From a virus, in IMG/VR virus record IMGVR_UViG_3300027791_000009, positions 55,870 to 119,869 of that record: 64,000 bases of DNA. One strand, written 5' to 3'. Below, in pieces: positions 49,838 through 59,906 of this stretch. The number at the start of each line of letters is the position of its first letter. The stretch's first letter is position 1. Position numbers and translations under genes: made by a program. Under the pieces are notes generated by a model, which saw nothing but the letters and a program-made list of their open reading frames with translations, had not been told where the DNA came from and did no database searches.

Positions 49838-51355
49838 ATGGCAGAACTTTTCGGTTTTCAAATTACTAGAGTTAAAGATACTCCAGACCCGAAGCAAAGT
49901 TTTACTCAACCCTCAGCAGATGACGGAACACAAACCGTCTCTGCTGGTGGTTATTTTGGTCAATACCTTGACATGGAAGGTAACGCCAAGACAGAGCAAG
50001 ACTTAATAAGAAGGTATAGAGAGATTTCAATCCATCCTGAATGTGATATGGCTGTTGAAGATATTGTCAACGAGGCTATAGTTGCAAACGAGATAGATAG
50101 AGATCCAGTACGAGTAGATTTAACTGACACGGACTTTAGCGATAAAGTTAAGCGTAAGGTTGAAGATGAATTTAAAGAGATACTAAGGTTGATGAACTTT
50201 AGTACAAAAGGACACGACATATTCAGAAGATGGTATGTTGATGGAAGAATTTACTATCATAAAGTTATTGATAGAGAATCGCCTGTAAGAGGTATAACAG
50301 AATTAAGGTATATTGATCCTCGTAAGATTAAAAAAATACGAGAGATTAAAAAAGGTCGACCAATTGATATGGCAAACATACAAGTGGTACATGACTACAA
50401 TGAGTATTTTTTATACAATGAAAAAGGTGTTGCAGGACCTGGTATGGCAAGTGGTGGTATTAAGATTGCTACAGACGCTATCGCATTTTGTCCAAGTGGA
50501 TTAGTAGACTTGAACAAAAATATGGTTATGGGTTATATGCACAAGGCAATTAAACCAGTTAATCAATTAAGAATGATTGAAGACGCTGTTGTTATTTACA
50601 GAATTGCAAGAGCACCTGAAAGAAGAATATTTAAGATTGATGTAGGTAACTTACCTAAAGTAAAAGCAGAGCAATATCTCCGTGATGTTATGGCAAGATA
50701 CAGAAACAAACTTGTCTATGACGCAAGTACTGGAGAGATTAGAGACGATAGAAACTATATGTCTATGCTTGAAGACTTTTGGTTACCAAGTAGAGAAGGC
50801 GGAAGAGGAACTGATATTACTACATTACCTGGTGGACAAAACCTAGGTGAGACAGGTGATATTGAATACTTTAAAGCAAAACTATACAGAAGTTTAAATG
50901 TACCAGTAAGTAGATTAGAAGGAAGTCAAGGTTTCAATTTAGGTAGAACAACTGAAATTACTAGAGACGAACTTAAATTTACGAAGTTTGTACATAGATT
51001 AAGAAAGAAATTTACAGATTTATTTAATGACTTATTAAGAACTCAACTAGTTTTAAAATCAGTCATAAATGAAGAAGACTGGGAGGCAATTAGTCAAAAA
51101 ATTAAATACGACTTTTTGGCTGATGGTCATTTCTCGGAACTGAAAGACGCTGAACTATTAAGAGAAAGAATAGCATTAGCGAATGATGTGAGAGATTATG
51201 TTGGTAAATACTTTAGTGTACAATTTGTACGACAAACTATTTTAAAACAATCTGAAAGAGAAATTGAACAAATTGATAATCAAATTAAAAAAGAAATTGA
51301 TGATGGTCTTATCGCAGCTCCACAAACAAGTGTACCTGAAGATACTGGCTATTAG
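49838..51355 (+). CDS. gp20: Portal protein gp20
   Basis: LFGF, FRRWYVDGR, RAPERRIF.IDVGNLPK.KAEQY, EDFWLP.REGGRGT. Confidence 0.95.
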   Translation: MAELFGFQITRVKDTPDPKQSFTQPSADDGTQTVSAGGYFGQYLDMEGNAKTEQDLIRRYREISIHPECDMAVEDIVNEAIVANEIDRDPVRVDLTDTDFSDKVKRKVEDEFKEILRLMNFSTKGHDIFRRWYVDGRIYYHKVIDRESPVRGITELRYIDPRKIKKIREIKKGRPIDMANIQVVHDYNEYFLYNEKGVAGPGMASGGIKIATDAIAFCPSGLVDLNKNMVMGYMHKAIKPVNQLRMIEDAVVIYRIARAPERRIFKIDVGNLPKVKAEQYLRDVMARYRNKLVYDASTGEIRDDRNYMSMLEDFWLPSREGGRGTDITTLPGGQNLGETGDIEYFKAKLYRSLNVPVSRLEGSQGFNLGRTTEITRDELKFTKFVHRLRKKFTDLFNDLLRTQLVLKSVINEEDWEAISQKIKYDFLADGHFSELKDAELLRERIALANDVRDYVGKYFSVQFVRQTILKQSEREIEQIDNQIKKEIDDGLIAAPQTSVPEDTGY

Positions 51356-51377
51356 AAATATATAAGGAGAACATAAA

Positions 51378-51686
51378 ATGGCAGATAATGAAATAACACA
51401 AGTAGATACTTTTGTAGACCAATTAGCAAAAGGCAATAACGCAGAGGCCGGTGACGCTTTTAAAGGTGCTTTAAGAGATAAAGTCGGAGACGCATTAGAC
51501 ACAAGTAGAAAAGAATACGCTTCTTCTCTATTTCAAAGTGCAGCTAATGTAATGACTGGAGAGGTTAATGCTGAAGACCATTCCGATCCGAAACCTGAAA
51601 TTGCTTCACCTATTGGACAAAACGCTACAGAAGACGAAGTAAAACAAGCATTTAACCAGGCAACACCTGGTAACACAGGAGAATAA
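51378..51686 (+). CDS. Acidic prohead core protein (gp67-like position)
   Basis: Small acidic ORF directly after the portal gene; AGGAG RBS. Confidence 0.5.
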   Translation: MADNEITQVDTFVDQLAKGNNAEAGDAFKGALRDKVGDALDTSRKEYASSLFQSAANVMTGEVNAEDHSDPKPEIASPIGQNATEDEVKQAFNQATPGNTGE

Positions 51687-51688
51687 AA

Positions 51689-51925
51689 ATGGCATTAACG
51701 GTATCAAGTATTGTAGGACATACATCTGGTTACATCAAAAATGATAGATTCAACGCTCTATCACCAGCGATGAAAGAAAGTGTAGAATCCTTAGTAAGTG
51801 GCCTTGACGCAATTGATTGGAAACAACCACAAGATTTAGTTGATATTATTGAAACTAAAATCACAGAAGTTGCGGCCGGCGATAGCGATGTAGAGACTGC
51901 ATTGACAACATATTTTTCGGAGTAA
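51689..51925 (+). CDS. Hypothetical protein
   Basis: AGGAG RBS; head gene cluster. Confidence 0.6.
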   Translation: MALTVSSIVGHTSGYIKNDRFNALSPAMKESVESLVSGLDAIDWKQPQDLVDIIETKITEVAAGDSDVETALTTYFSE

Positions 51926-51929
51926 TTAG

Positions 51930-52271
51930 ATGGCATTAAGTATTGTCTCAAAGGTAGACGATACCACTAAAGCTATTATTACGGCTAGTGGTGCGGACAA
52001 TGAAAGTGGAACATTATATTCTGCTGGTCAATCTGTATCTTTAGCGAATGTATATTATGAGATTAGAGGAACAGGCACAGCGACTCTTAAACTCGGAGAC
52101 CAATCTTTAAGTTTAACAGGGTTTGGTAATTGGGGATTAAAAGAAGGTGAAGCTCGTAAAGTAATTGAACAAGAATTAAATACGGCAACAACTTTAGAGA
52201 TTACGACAGACGCTAATGTGTCAAAATTCAATATGGCTGTAGAAGTACAGAAAGAAACGGAGACAAAATAA
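51930..52271 (+). CDS. Hypothetical protein, probable paralogue of the next gene
   Basis: LANVYYEI...LSLTGFGNW resembles IAKVWYSV...LLLSGQGHL. Confidence 0.6.
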   Translation: MALSIVSKVDDTTKAIITASGADNESGTLYSAGQSVSLANVYYEIRGTGTATLKLGDQSLSLTGFGNWGLKEGEARKVIEQELNTATTLEITTDANVSKFNMAVEVQKETETK

Positions 52272-52272
52272 A

Positions 52273-52668
52273 ATGGCAGATTTGATAACACAACAGATAA
52301 TATCGGACACGGCAGGTGTTAAGTATGTTGTAAAACAAACAAACTATTCTGATGGCACTGGTGAGACAAACACCGTGATTGCTAACCCGACAACTTCTAA
52401 CTTTATGACAGCAGATGGTACTAAAGAGATTGCGAAAGTGTGGTATTCAGTTAATACTGCAAATAGAAAATCAGCAGTAGAGATTGCTTGGGGAGGCGCT
52501 ACTGAAAACACAACATCATTATTATTATCTGGACAAGGGCATTTAGACTTTAGAACTGCGGGAAATGACATAGTAAACAATGCGACATCGCCTAACGGAT
52601 ATGTCTATTTAAGTACTAAAGACTTTGCATTAAATGACAATTATACGATTATTGTTGAATTTAGATAA
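52273..52668 (+). CDS. Hypothetical head-region protein
   Basis: GGAG RBS; 131 aa. Confidence 0.65.
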   Translation: MADLITQQIISDTAGVKYVVKQTNYSDGTGETNTVIANPTTSNFMTADGTKEIAKVWYSVNTANRKSAVEIAWGGATENTTSLLLSGQGHLDFRTAGNDIVNNATSPNGYVYLSTKDFALNDNYTIIVEFR

Positions 52669-52675
52669 TAAATAT

Positions 52676-52683
52676 TATAAATA
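52676..52683 (+). promoter_or_regulatory. T4-type late promoter
   Basis: TATAAATA before gp21. Confidence 0.8.
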
Positions 52684-52708
52684 TTAGGAAAGAGAGAGAT
52701 AAACTATT

Positions 52709-53356
52709 ATGAAATTAATTACAGAAACTTTGGAAAATGTAGAATACATCACCGAAGAAGTAAAAGGTAAAACGAATTACAAAATTCGTGGCGTATTCCT
52801 ACAATCTGAAATAAAAAACAGAAATGGTAGAGTCTATCCTAAAGAAACACTAGCAAAAGAAGTTAGTAGATATAACAGAGAATTTGTGGAACAGAAAAGA
52901 GCGTTTGGTGAATTAGGACATCCTGATGGACCAACGGTTAACTTGGAAAGAGTAAGTCATATGATTACTAAACTCTATCCAGACGGTAACAACTTTATCG
53001 GTGAAGCAAAGATAATGGATACTCCATATGGTAAGATTGTAAAAAATCTTATAGATGAAGGCGCTAAATTAGGCGTTTCTTCTCGTGGTATGGGTTCATT
53101 AGAGAGAAGTCGTGGTGGTGAAGCAAGAGTTGGAAACGACTTTTACCTTGCAACTGCAGCTGACATTGTGGCAGACCCATCTGCTCCTGACGCTTTCGTA
53201 GAAGGCATTATGGAAGGAAAAGAATGGATTTGGGACAATGGTGTAATAAAACAAAAAGATATTGAAGAATATAAAAAATACATTAAGGAAGCAAAATCAC
53301 TAAAACTTGCCGAAGCGAAAGCGTTGGTATTTAGTAAGTTCCTTAAAGGTTTGTAA
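52709..53356 (+). CDS. gp21: Prohead protease gp21
   Basis: MKLITE, NRNGRVY, GELGHP, LGVSSRGMGSL, DIVADPSAPDAFV. Confidence 0.95.
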   Translation: MKLITETLENVEYITEEVKGKTNYKIRGVFLQSEIKNRNGRVYPKETLAKEVSRYNREFVEQKRAFGELGHPDGPTVNLERVSHMITKLYPDGNNFIGEAKIMDTPYGKIVKNLIDEGAKLGVSSRGMGSLERSRGGEARVGNDFYLATAADIVADPSAPDAFVEGIMEGKEWIWDNGVIKQKDIEEYKKYIKEAKSLKLAEAKALVFSKFLKGL

Positions 53357-53359
53357 TAT

Positions 53360-53367
53360 TATAAATA
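53360..53367 (+). promoter_or_regulatory. T4-type late promoter
   Basis: TATAAATA before gp22. Confidence 0.8.
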
Positions 53368-53426
53368 TCTTATAACAAAACAAGAAAATAATTATTTTTT
53401 TTAAAAGAAATAAGGAGAACTTCAAT

Positions 53427-54590
53427 ATGGCCGAGACAGAAAAACAGGTCGCAGAAATGACGGTTCCAGACGCTCCCAAAAAGAACGCTGTAGCTGCTGA
53501 AAATTCACCACTATCTAATAGTGCTGAAGATTTAGGTGCTGCTGTAGTAAAACCTACAGATAGTAATCCAGACGCAACCAAAAAAGTTAAACTAGTTTCA
53601 GGTGACGCTCAACAGAAAAATTCTGGTAGTGCGGATCCAATGCCTTCTGTAAAGAAGGAAGAAACTGATTCTGATGGCGAGAAGATTTCCGAGGGAGATA
53701 TGCCTGACGGTCTGAAAAAATTCCTAGATAAGAAGAAAGATAAAGCAACTAATGAAGACGGCCACAAGATGAAAAAAGAATCTGAAGCTGACGACAAAGA
53801 CGCTAAATCTACTTCTAAGGAATCTACTGACCAGAAAGCGAAAGACATTGATGTAAAAGAACACATTGACGCTTTGACCTCTGGTGAATCAGACTTGTCC
53901 GAAGAATTTAAATTAAAGGCTGCTACTATTTTTGAAGCTGCAATTACTAGTAAAGTAAAAGAAATTGCTGAAGAAATGGAAGTAGACTATAATAAGAAAT
54001 TTGATGAAGAAAGTGCTAAAGCTAAATCCGAATTAGTTGAGAAGGTAGACAATTATTTGAACTATGTTGTCAACGAATGGATGAAAGAAAACGAACTTGC
54101 TATTGAAAAAGGTATCAAGGGCGAAATTGCTGAGGACTTTATTTCGGGTCTAAAAAAACTTTTTGAAGACCACTATATAGATGTACCTGATGAAAAATAT
54201 GATGTGTTAGAAGACCAAGCTTCAAAAATCGAATCGTTAGAAAATAAACTTAACGAACAGATTGCGAAGAATGTTGAACTTAACGGTAAGACAAACTTAC
54301 TTGAAAAGTCTGACATTTTAGCTGATGTTGCTTCGGATTTAACAGATGTATCGAAAGAGAAATTTGATAAACTAACTGAAGCGGTTGAATTTTCAAACGG
54401 TGAAGACTTTAGAAACAAAGTAATGACTATTAAAGAAAGTTATTTTGGAACAAAAAAAGAAGCCAACTCTGACAGCGAAATAGATAATGCGGTAGCTGAT
54501 AATAACGGTGTAGATTCTACACAAGATTTATCTAATGCAATGGCTGCTTATACTACCGCTATTAGTAAAACAAAAGACTTGAAACTTTAG
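53427..54590 (+). CDS. gp22: Prohead core scaffold gp22
   Basis: LSEEFK.KAATIFEAA, VDNYLNYVV.EW..EN, IKESYF. Confidence 0.9.
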   Translation: MAETEKQVAEMTVPDAPKKNAVAAENSPLSNSAEDLGAAVVKPTDSNPDATKKVKLVSGDAQQKNSGSADPMPSVKKEETDSDGEKISEGDMPDGLKKFLDKKKDKATNEDGHKMKKESEADDKDAKSTSKESTDQKAKDIDVKEHIDALTSGESDLSEEFKLKAATIFEAAITSKVKEIAEEMEVDYNKKFDEESAKAKSELVEKVDNYLNYVVNEWMKENELAIEKGIKGEIAEDFISGLKKLFEDHYIDVPDEKYDVLEDQASKIESLENKLNEQIAKNVELNGKTNLLEKSDILADVASDLTDVSKEKFDKLTEAVEFSNGEDFRNKVMTIKESYFGTKKEANSDSEIDNAVADNNGVDSTQDLSNAMAAYTTAISKTKDLKL

Positions 54591-54632
54591 TGTTCAAGTT
54601 AATAAAATAATAATAGGAGAGAGGAACAAGAT

Positions 54633-55964
54633 ATGTACTTATCTGAAAACTACCAAAAAAAGTGGCAGCCAGTATTAGAGCATCCAGATTTACCAAAAAT
54701 TACGGATACTTATAAACGAGCTGTTACTAGTGTTATACTTGAAAACCAAGAAAGAGCACTAAAAGAGGACGCTCAGTTTATGACTGAAACTGCGCCGACT
54801 AACTCAACTGCTGGTTCTGTAGCTAACTGGGATCCAATCCTAATTAGTCTAGTAAGACGAGCAATGCCAAACCTTATCGCTTACGATATCGCTGGCGTAC
54901 AACCAATGTCTGGTCCAACTGGACTTATCTTTGCTATGAGAAGCAGATTTAAGGCTTCAAACGGAACAGAGGCATTATTTGACGAAGCTGAATCACAATT
55001 CTCAGCTGCGAAAACTACAGCAAATGTACCTGGTTCTGCTGGAACATCATCTGCTGGAGAAACAAATCCTGCTGTACTTAACGACTCTTCACCTGGAGCA
55101 TATACTGCTGAAGGTGGAATGACTACTGCTACGGCAGAAGCATTAGGAGACACGGCTAATAATAGTTTTGCTGAAATGGCATTCTCAATTGAGAAGTCAA
55201 CGGTAACTGCTAAGTCAAGAGCTCTTAAAGCTGAGTATACAATGGAACTTGCACAAGACCTTAAAGCTATTCACGGTTTAGACGCTGAGTCTGAATTAGC
55301 GAATATTCTTTCTGCTGAAATCCTTGCTGAAATTAACAGAGAAGTTGTTAGAACTATCTATGTAAATTCAGAAAAAGGTGCTCAAACTGACACAACTACT
55401 GCTGGTATCTTTGATTTAGATACTGACTCAAACGGTAGATGGTCTGTAGAGAGATTTAAAGGACTTATGTTCCAACTAGAAAGAGACGCTAACGCTATCG
55501 CACAAAGAACAAGAAGAGGAAAAGGTAATGTTATTATCTGTTCTTCCGATGTTGCTAGTGCATTACAGATGGCTGGTGTTTTAGACTATACACCTGCATT
55601 GAACAACAACTTAGCTGTTGACGATACAGGGAACACTTTTGCTGGTGTCTTAAACGGCAGATTCAAAGTGTACATTGATCCATATAGTGCGAACGGCTCT
55701 AGCAAACAATTTTATGTTGTTGGCTACAAAGGTACTTCACCTTATGACGCTGGTATGTTCTATTGCCCTTATGTGCCATTACAAATGGTTAGAGCAGTTG
55801 GACAAGACACTTTCCAACCGAAAATCGGTTTTAAAACTAGATACGGCTTACAAGCAAATCCTTTTGCTGAAGCGGGTTCTGGTGATAATGCTGTTGTTAA
55901 CGGTTCGGGTGCTGCTAACTCAAACAGATACTACAGAAAAGTACAAATCACTAACCTTGCGTAA
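54633..55964 (+). CDS. gp23: Major capsid protein gp23
   Basis: KWQPVLEH, LVRRAMP, GVQPM.GPTGLIFAMR, SRALKAEYTMELAQDLKAIHGLDAE, FQPKIGFKTRYG. Confidence 0.97.
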   Translation: MYLSENYQKKWQPVLEHPDLPKITDTYKRAVTSVILENQERALKEDAQFMTETAPTNSTAGSVANWDPILISLVRRAMPNLIAYDIAGVQPMSGPTGLIFAMRSRFKASNGTEALFDEAESQFSAAKTTANVPGSAGTSSAGETNPAVLNDSSPGAYTAEGGMTTATAEALGDTANNSFAEMAFSIEKSTVTAKSRALKAEYTMELAQDLKAIHGLDAESELANILSAEILAEINREVVRTIYVNSEKGAQTDTTTAGIFDLDTDSNGRWSVERFKGLMFQLERDANAIAQRTRRGKGNVIICSSDVASALQMAGVLDYTPALNNNLAVDDTGNTFAGVLNGRFKVYIDPYSANGSSKQFYVVGYKGTSPYDAGMFYCPYVPLQMVRAVGQDTFQPKIGFKTRYGLQANPFAEAGSGDNAVVNGSGAANSNRYYRKVQITNLA

Positions 55965-56002
55965 TTGCAAATAGTGATTGTATAGTAGACAATCTTATGA
56001 AG

Positions 56003-56031
56003 AAAGGCGATGTAAAAGTCGCCTTTTTTTT
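56003..56031 (+). terminator. Rho-independent terminator after gp23
   Basis: AAAGGCGAT-GTAAAA-GTCGCCTTT stem-loop running into a T8 tract. Confidence 0.85.
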
Positions 56032-56083
56032 GGCCCACATTACAATATAAGTATATTCAGATTTTATTATATACATCAAATAC

Positions 56084-56114
56084 TTGACATAGAAACTTCT
56101 TTATGTTATAAATA
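56084..56114 (+). promoter_or_regulatory. Composite sigma70-like (TTGACA-17-TATAAA) and late (TATAAATA) promoter
   Basis: TTGACA 56084-56089; TGnTATAAATA with the box at 56107-56114. Confidence 0.7.
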
Positions 56115-56177
56115 ATATTAGAGTGATAAAAGACTTATCACTATGCAATTAATGACTAGTAATAGTCGGAGGATATT

Positions 56178-57245
56178 ATGTTAAAACTCTTAACAAATAT
56201 TCGTTATTTCATTGCACCAATATTAATCATCACTACTGCTTACGGTATCCACATAGGTGGTCTATTTGCGTGGACTGGTGTTGCTTTATTAGGTGTTGGA
56301 ATAATAATAGATACATTAATCACATACCAAACTAAAGGTGCTGGGGTTGATGGAAATGGAGACTCATTAGGTATTGCGTGGTTGCAAAACAGCGTTATGT
56401 ATTTAATGTTACCTGTTTTCTTAATCCTACAATTAGTTGTCGCTTACAAACTCTTTAACGGAGTGGGTGGCATGGAGTTAGTTGGTACAACATTATCTGC
56501 TGGTATCTTTTTAGGTATCGGTATCATATATGGACACGAACTATCTCATACAAAAGGTGGGTCATTTGTAATAAGTAGATGGATGATGGCGTTAAGTGGG
56601 TCAGCACATTTTTGCTATGCTCATGTATACAATCATCATTTAGAACTTGCAAGTGAAGATGACCCAGCGACTGCACCTCGTGGTCGTACAATATACGGAC
56701 ATTATCTATTGTCTTATCTTGGTCAATCAAAGTTTCTTTTTGAAATGGAGAAAGCAAGATTAAGTAGAATAGGTAAATCTTTTATCAGTTTTGATAACAG
56801 ATGGATAAGAGGATATCTTATGTCTGTACCTATAGTAAGTTTATTCTTTATGGCAGGTGGTTGGACAGGTGTTGCTGTATTAGCAACAATGTGGGTTATC
56901 TCAAACTTTGAGTTAGAAGCATTGAACTACCTAGAACACTACGGTTTAATAAGAGTAAAAAATCAACCAATAGATTATCGACACAACTGGGATAACTCAA
57001 CATTATTCACAAGTTGGTTCTTCATTGAAATTGGTCGTCAAGCAGACCACCACGATAGAGGTGAAACACACTTCTGGGAACTTGATGATGTCGGTGCTCC
57101 TAATACTGGTGTTGGTTACTTTACACTTTTCACTATTGCGTTAATACCACCATTGTTTAATAAGTTTATGAAAAAACATTTAGACAAATGGGATAGTGAT
57201 TATGCAAGTGCTGACGAGATTAAAATAGCACAAAAACTAGTATAA
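56178..57245 (+). CDS. alkB: Membrane di-iron monooxygenase, AlkB/XylM family
   Basis: Several hydrophobic segments; His boxes HELSH, HVYNHH, NYLEHYG, QADHH; DPATA..G. Confidence 0.85.
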   Translation: MLKLLTNIRYFIAPILIITTAYGIHIGGLFAWTGVALLGVGIIIDTLITYQTKGAGVDGNGDSLGIAWLQNSVMYLMLPVFLILQLVVAYKLFNGVGGMELVGTTLSAGIFLGIGIIYGHELSHTKGGSFVISRWMMALSGSAHFCYAHVYNHHLELASEDDPATAPRGRTIYGHYLLSYLGQSKFLFEMEKARLSRIGKSFISFDNRWIRGYLMSVPIVSLFFMAGGWTGVAVLATMWVISNFELEALNYLEHYGLIRVKNQPIDYRHNWDNSTLFTSWFFIEIGRQADHHDRGETHFWELDDVGAPNTGVGYFTLFTIALIPPLFNKFMKKHLDKWDSDYASADEIKIAQKLV

Positions 57246-57251
57246 TTATGG

Positions 57252-57283
57252 CCCCTAGTAATTCAGTTTTACTAGGGGTTTAT
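57252..57283 (+). terminator. Rho-independent terminator after alkB
   Basis: CCCCTAGTAA-7 nt-TTACTAGGGG followed by TTTAT. Confidence 0.8.
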
Positions 57284-57290
57284 TAGGTCT

Positions 57291-57298
57291 TATAAATA
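57291..57298 (+). promoter_or_regulatory. T4-type late promoter
   Basis: TATAAATA 5 bp before the gp3 ATG. Confidence 0.7.
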
Positions 57299-57303
57299 GT
57301 ATT

Positions 57304-57918
57304 ATGACAAGTACAAACGCAATCACTCGACAACCAACGCAACTTGATTATGCGTCACCAACGCAATTTAAGTTTAATATTACAAAACTTCCAAAGGTAG
57401 AATACTTTTGTACAGAAGTTAATATCCCAAGCCTACAGATGACCAATGCAACACAGGTAACTCCTTTGAGAGATATACCTTTGCCTGGAACTAAACTTGA
57501 CTTTGGAGATTTAGTACTTACATTTATGATAGATGAAAAGTTAGAAAACTATGAAGAAGTATTTGCTTGGTTAAGAGGTCTTGGTTTTCCTGAAGACCAT
57601 TCAGATTATTCTAATTTAGTAAAATCTGGAAGAGATAGATTTCCTACACAAGGTAAAGGTGTGCAAAATGCCAATGCTGGTAGAGAAGGAACTGCTACTC
57701 CTCAAGGAGGTATTTTGTCTGACGCCACACTAACAATATTAAGTGCAAAGAATAATCCGATTAAAGAAGTAAGATTTAGAGATATATTTCCTGTTTCATT
57801 AACCGGTGTAAATTATAGTCAACAAGCAGGTGATGTTCAATACTTAACTAGTAGTGTTAGCTTTAAATATACAACTTATTCTTTTGCTGAACCTGGCAAA
57901 ACTTCTACAACTTATTAA
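57304..57918 (+). CDS. gp3: Tail completion/tube terminator gp3
   Basis: SPTQFKF.I.KLP.VEYFC..VNIP, L.LTF.IDE.LENY, SDATL.IL, F.DIFPVSL; position before uvsY. Confidence 0.8.
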   Translation: MTSTNAITRQPTQLDYASPTQFKFNITKLPKVEYFCTEVNIPSLQMTNATQVTPLRDIPLPGTKLDFGDLVLTFMIDEKLENYEEVFAWLRGLGFPEDHSDYSNLVKSGRDRFPTQGKGVQNANAGREGTATPQGGILSDATLTILSAKNNPIKEVRFRDIFPVSLTGVNYSQQAGDVQYLTSSVSFKYTTYSFAEPGKTSTTY

Positions 57919-57928
57919 CAATAGAAGC

Positions 57929-57957
57929 TTGACAAAACACTAGATTTAGTATATAAT
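57929..57957 (+). promoter_or_regulatory. Consensus sigma70 promoter for uvsY-uvsW
   Basis: TTGACA-17 bp-TATAAT. Confidence 0.85.
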
Positions 57958-57988
57958 TATACTTAAAACTGGAGAAAGATACTATATT

Positions 57989-58417
57989 ATGACATTAGAA
58001 GAATTACAAGAACTTTCAGATAAGAAATTAAAAATCAATGATACCGAGCTTGATATTGAAGCTCTTAAAACACCACAACTACATAATGAATTTTTGAAGC
58101 ATTACAACAAGTTTAATCTTTTACTTTCTAAAACTGAAAATGAACTAAAGATTATAAAATTACATAAATGGGAATATTACACAGGGAAAGCGGACCCAGC
58201 AGTTTATCAAACTAAACCATTCAATCTAAAACTTTTAAAGTATGATGTTGATAAGTACATTGACGCAGATGAAGATTACATAAGAATAAAGCAAAAAGTA
58301 GATTACTTGAAAACTATATGTGATTATCTGGACAAAACAATCAAACAAATATCAAATCGTGGATTCCTAATCAAGGATGCTATTGAATGGCGTAAGTTTA
58401 CTTCTGGCGCTATTTGA
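57989..58417 (+). CDS. uvsY: Recombination mediator UvsY
   Basis: EALKTPQLH, WEYYTGKA, YIDADED, I.NRGF.IKDAIEW.KF. Confidence 0.9.
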   Translation: MTLEELQELSDKKLKINDTELDIEALKTPQLHNEFLKHYNKFNLLLSKTENELKIIKLHKWEYYTGKADPAVYQTKPFNLKLLKYDVDKYIDADEDYIRIKQKVDYLKTICDYLDKTIKQISNRGFLIKDAIEWRKFTSGAI

Positions 58418-58420
58418 TAA

Positions 58421-59905
58421 ATGGTAGAAAATCGTTATTTAATATTAGAAAAGAAAGATGAAGTCTATCTTTCAATAGAAGCCGAGAGCGATATTCGTAG
58501 AGAACTATCAGAGTTTTTTACATTTGAAGTTCCTGGTTATAAATTCATGCCTCAATATAGAAGTAGATATTGGGATGGTAAGATAAGACTTTTTAAATAT
58601 GCAAGTGGTGAGATATACTATGGTCTACTACCATATATTAAAAAGTTTTGTGAAGATAACAATATTAGTATTGTATCTAAAATAAAAGAGAAAGCAAAAC
58701 CATTAGATAAATTAGAGTGTGCTAGATTTTGTAAAGCATTAAAGATACCTAAGATTACTATTAGAGATTATCAATTCAATGCTTTCTATCATGCCATACA
58801 AGAAGATAGATGTTTATTACTATCGCCAACTGCTAGTGGTAAATCACTTATTGCATATCTCATATTAAGATTTCAGTTATTAAGAATTAAAGAAAAGAAA
58901 TCAAATAAAGTATTAATCATTGTACCTACAACATCACTAGTAGAACAATTATATAAAGACTTTGCAGAATATGGATATAACACAAAACACATTCATAGAA
59001 TATATCAAGGACACGATAAAGACACAACAAAGAAAGTAGTTATATCTACTTGGCAATCAATATATAAACTACCTAAAACATGGTTTGCACAATTTGGTTG
59101 TATCATTGGTGATGAAGCACATCTATTCAAATCCCAGTCCCTTACAGGTATAATGACGAAGATGACTAATTGTAAATATCGAATAGGTATGACTGGTACA
59201 TTAGATGGTTCAAAGACGCATAAGCTCGTGCTAGAGGGTCTATTCGGGGCTGTAAACAGAGTTGCGAGTACAACTGACTTGATAGATAAGAAACAACTAG
59301 CAGCCTTTAAAATACACTGCTTAATACTCAAGCATGGAAAGAATAGTAAAGACTTTCTAAAAGATAAGAACTACCAAGAAGAAATGGATTTCTTATGTGC
59401 TAGTAAAGCAAGAAACAAATATATCACTAACTTGACAAATGGTCTTCAAGGTAATACACTATTGTTATTTCAATTTGTAGAAAAACATGGTAAGATATTA
59501 CAAGAACAAATTGAAAAGAAAGTAGATGATGGTCGTAAAGTATTTTTCGTATACGGAGGAGTGTCAGCAGATGACAGAGAAAACATTAGAGCAATTACAG
59601 AGAAGAGTGATAATGCAATCATTGTCGCTTCCTATGGTACTTTTTCTACTGGTATTAATATTAGAAACTTGCATAATATTATTTTTTCTAGTCCTAGTAA
59701 GTCTAGGATAAGAAACTTACAATCTATTGGTCGTGGTTTAAGACTTGGTGACAATAAAGTAAATGCGACATTATACGATATATCAGATGATGTTTCACAT
59801 GGAGAAAAAGAGAATTATACATTACAGCACTTTAGAGAAAGAATAAATATATACAACGAAGAAAACTTTGATTACGAAATACATAATGTGGAGCTGAAGG
59901 AGTAG
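58421..59905 (+). CDS. uvsW: DNA helicase UvsW
   Basis: WDGKIRLF, SPTASGKS, DEAH, TGT, ASYGTFSTGINI, LQSIGRGLR. Confidence 0.95.
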   Translation: MVENRYLILEKKDEVYLSIEAESDIRRELSEFFTFEVPGYKFMPQYRSRYWDGKIRLFKYASGEIYYGLLPYIKKFCEDNNISIVSKIKEKAKPLDKLECARFCKALKIPKITIRDYQFNAFYHAIQEDRCLLLSPTASGKSLIAYLILRFQLLRIKEKKSNKVLIIVPTTSLVEQLYKDFAEYGYNTKHIHRIYQGHDKDTTKKVVISTWQSIYKLPKTWFAQFGCIIGDEAHLFKSQSLTGIMTKMTNCKYRIGMTGTLDGSKTHKLVLEGLFGAVNRVASTTDLIDKKQLAAFKIHCLILKHGKNSKDFLKDKNYQEEMDFLCASKARNKYITNLTNGLQGNTLLLFQFVEKHGKILQEQIEKKVDDGRKVFFVYGGVSADDRENIRAITEKSDNAIIVASYGTFSTGINIRNLHNIIFSSPSKSRIRNLQSIGRGLRLGDNKVNATLYDISDDVSHGEKENYTLQHFRERINIYNEENFDYEIHNVELKE

Positions 59906-59906
59906 T

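Noticed and set aside
45542-55964. Introns, inteins or homing endonucleases in gp17-gp23
   Set aside because: The ORFs are continuous and of normal length, and no intein or HNH/GIY-YIG/LAGLIDADG motifs were seen.
55976-55994. Small hairpin GATTGT-7 nt-ACAATC after gp23
   Set aside because: Weak AT-rich stem; the adjacent strong terminator explains the region.
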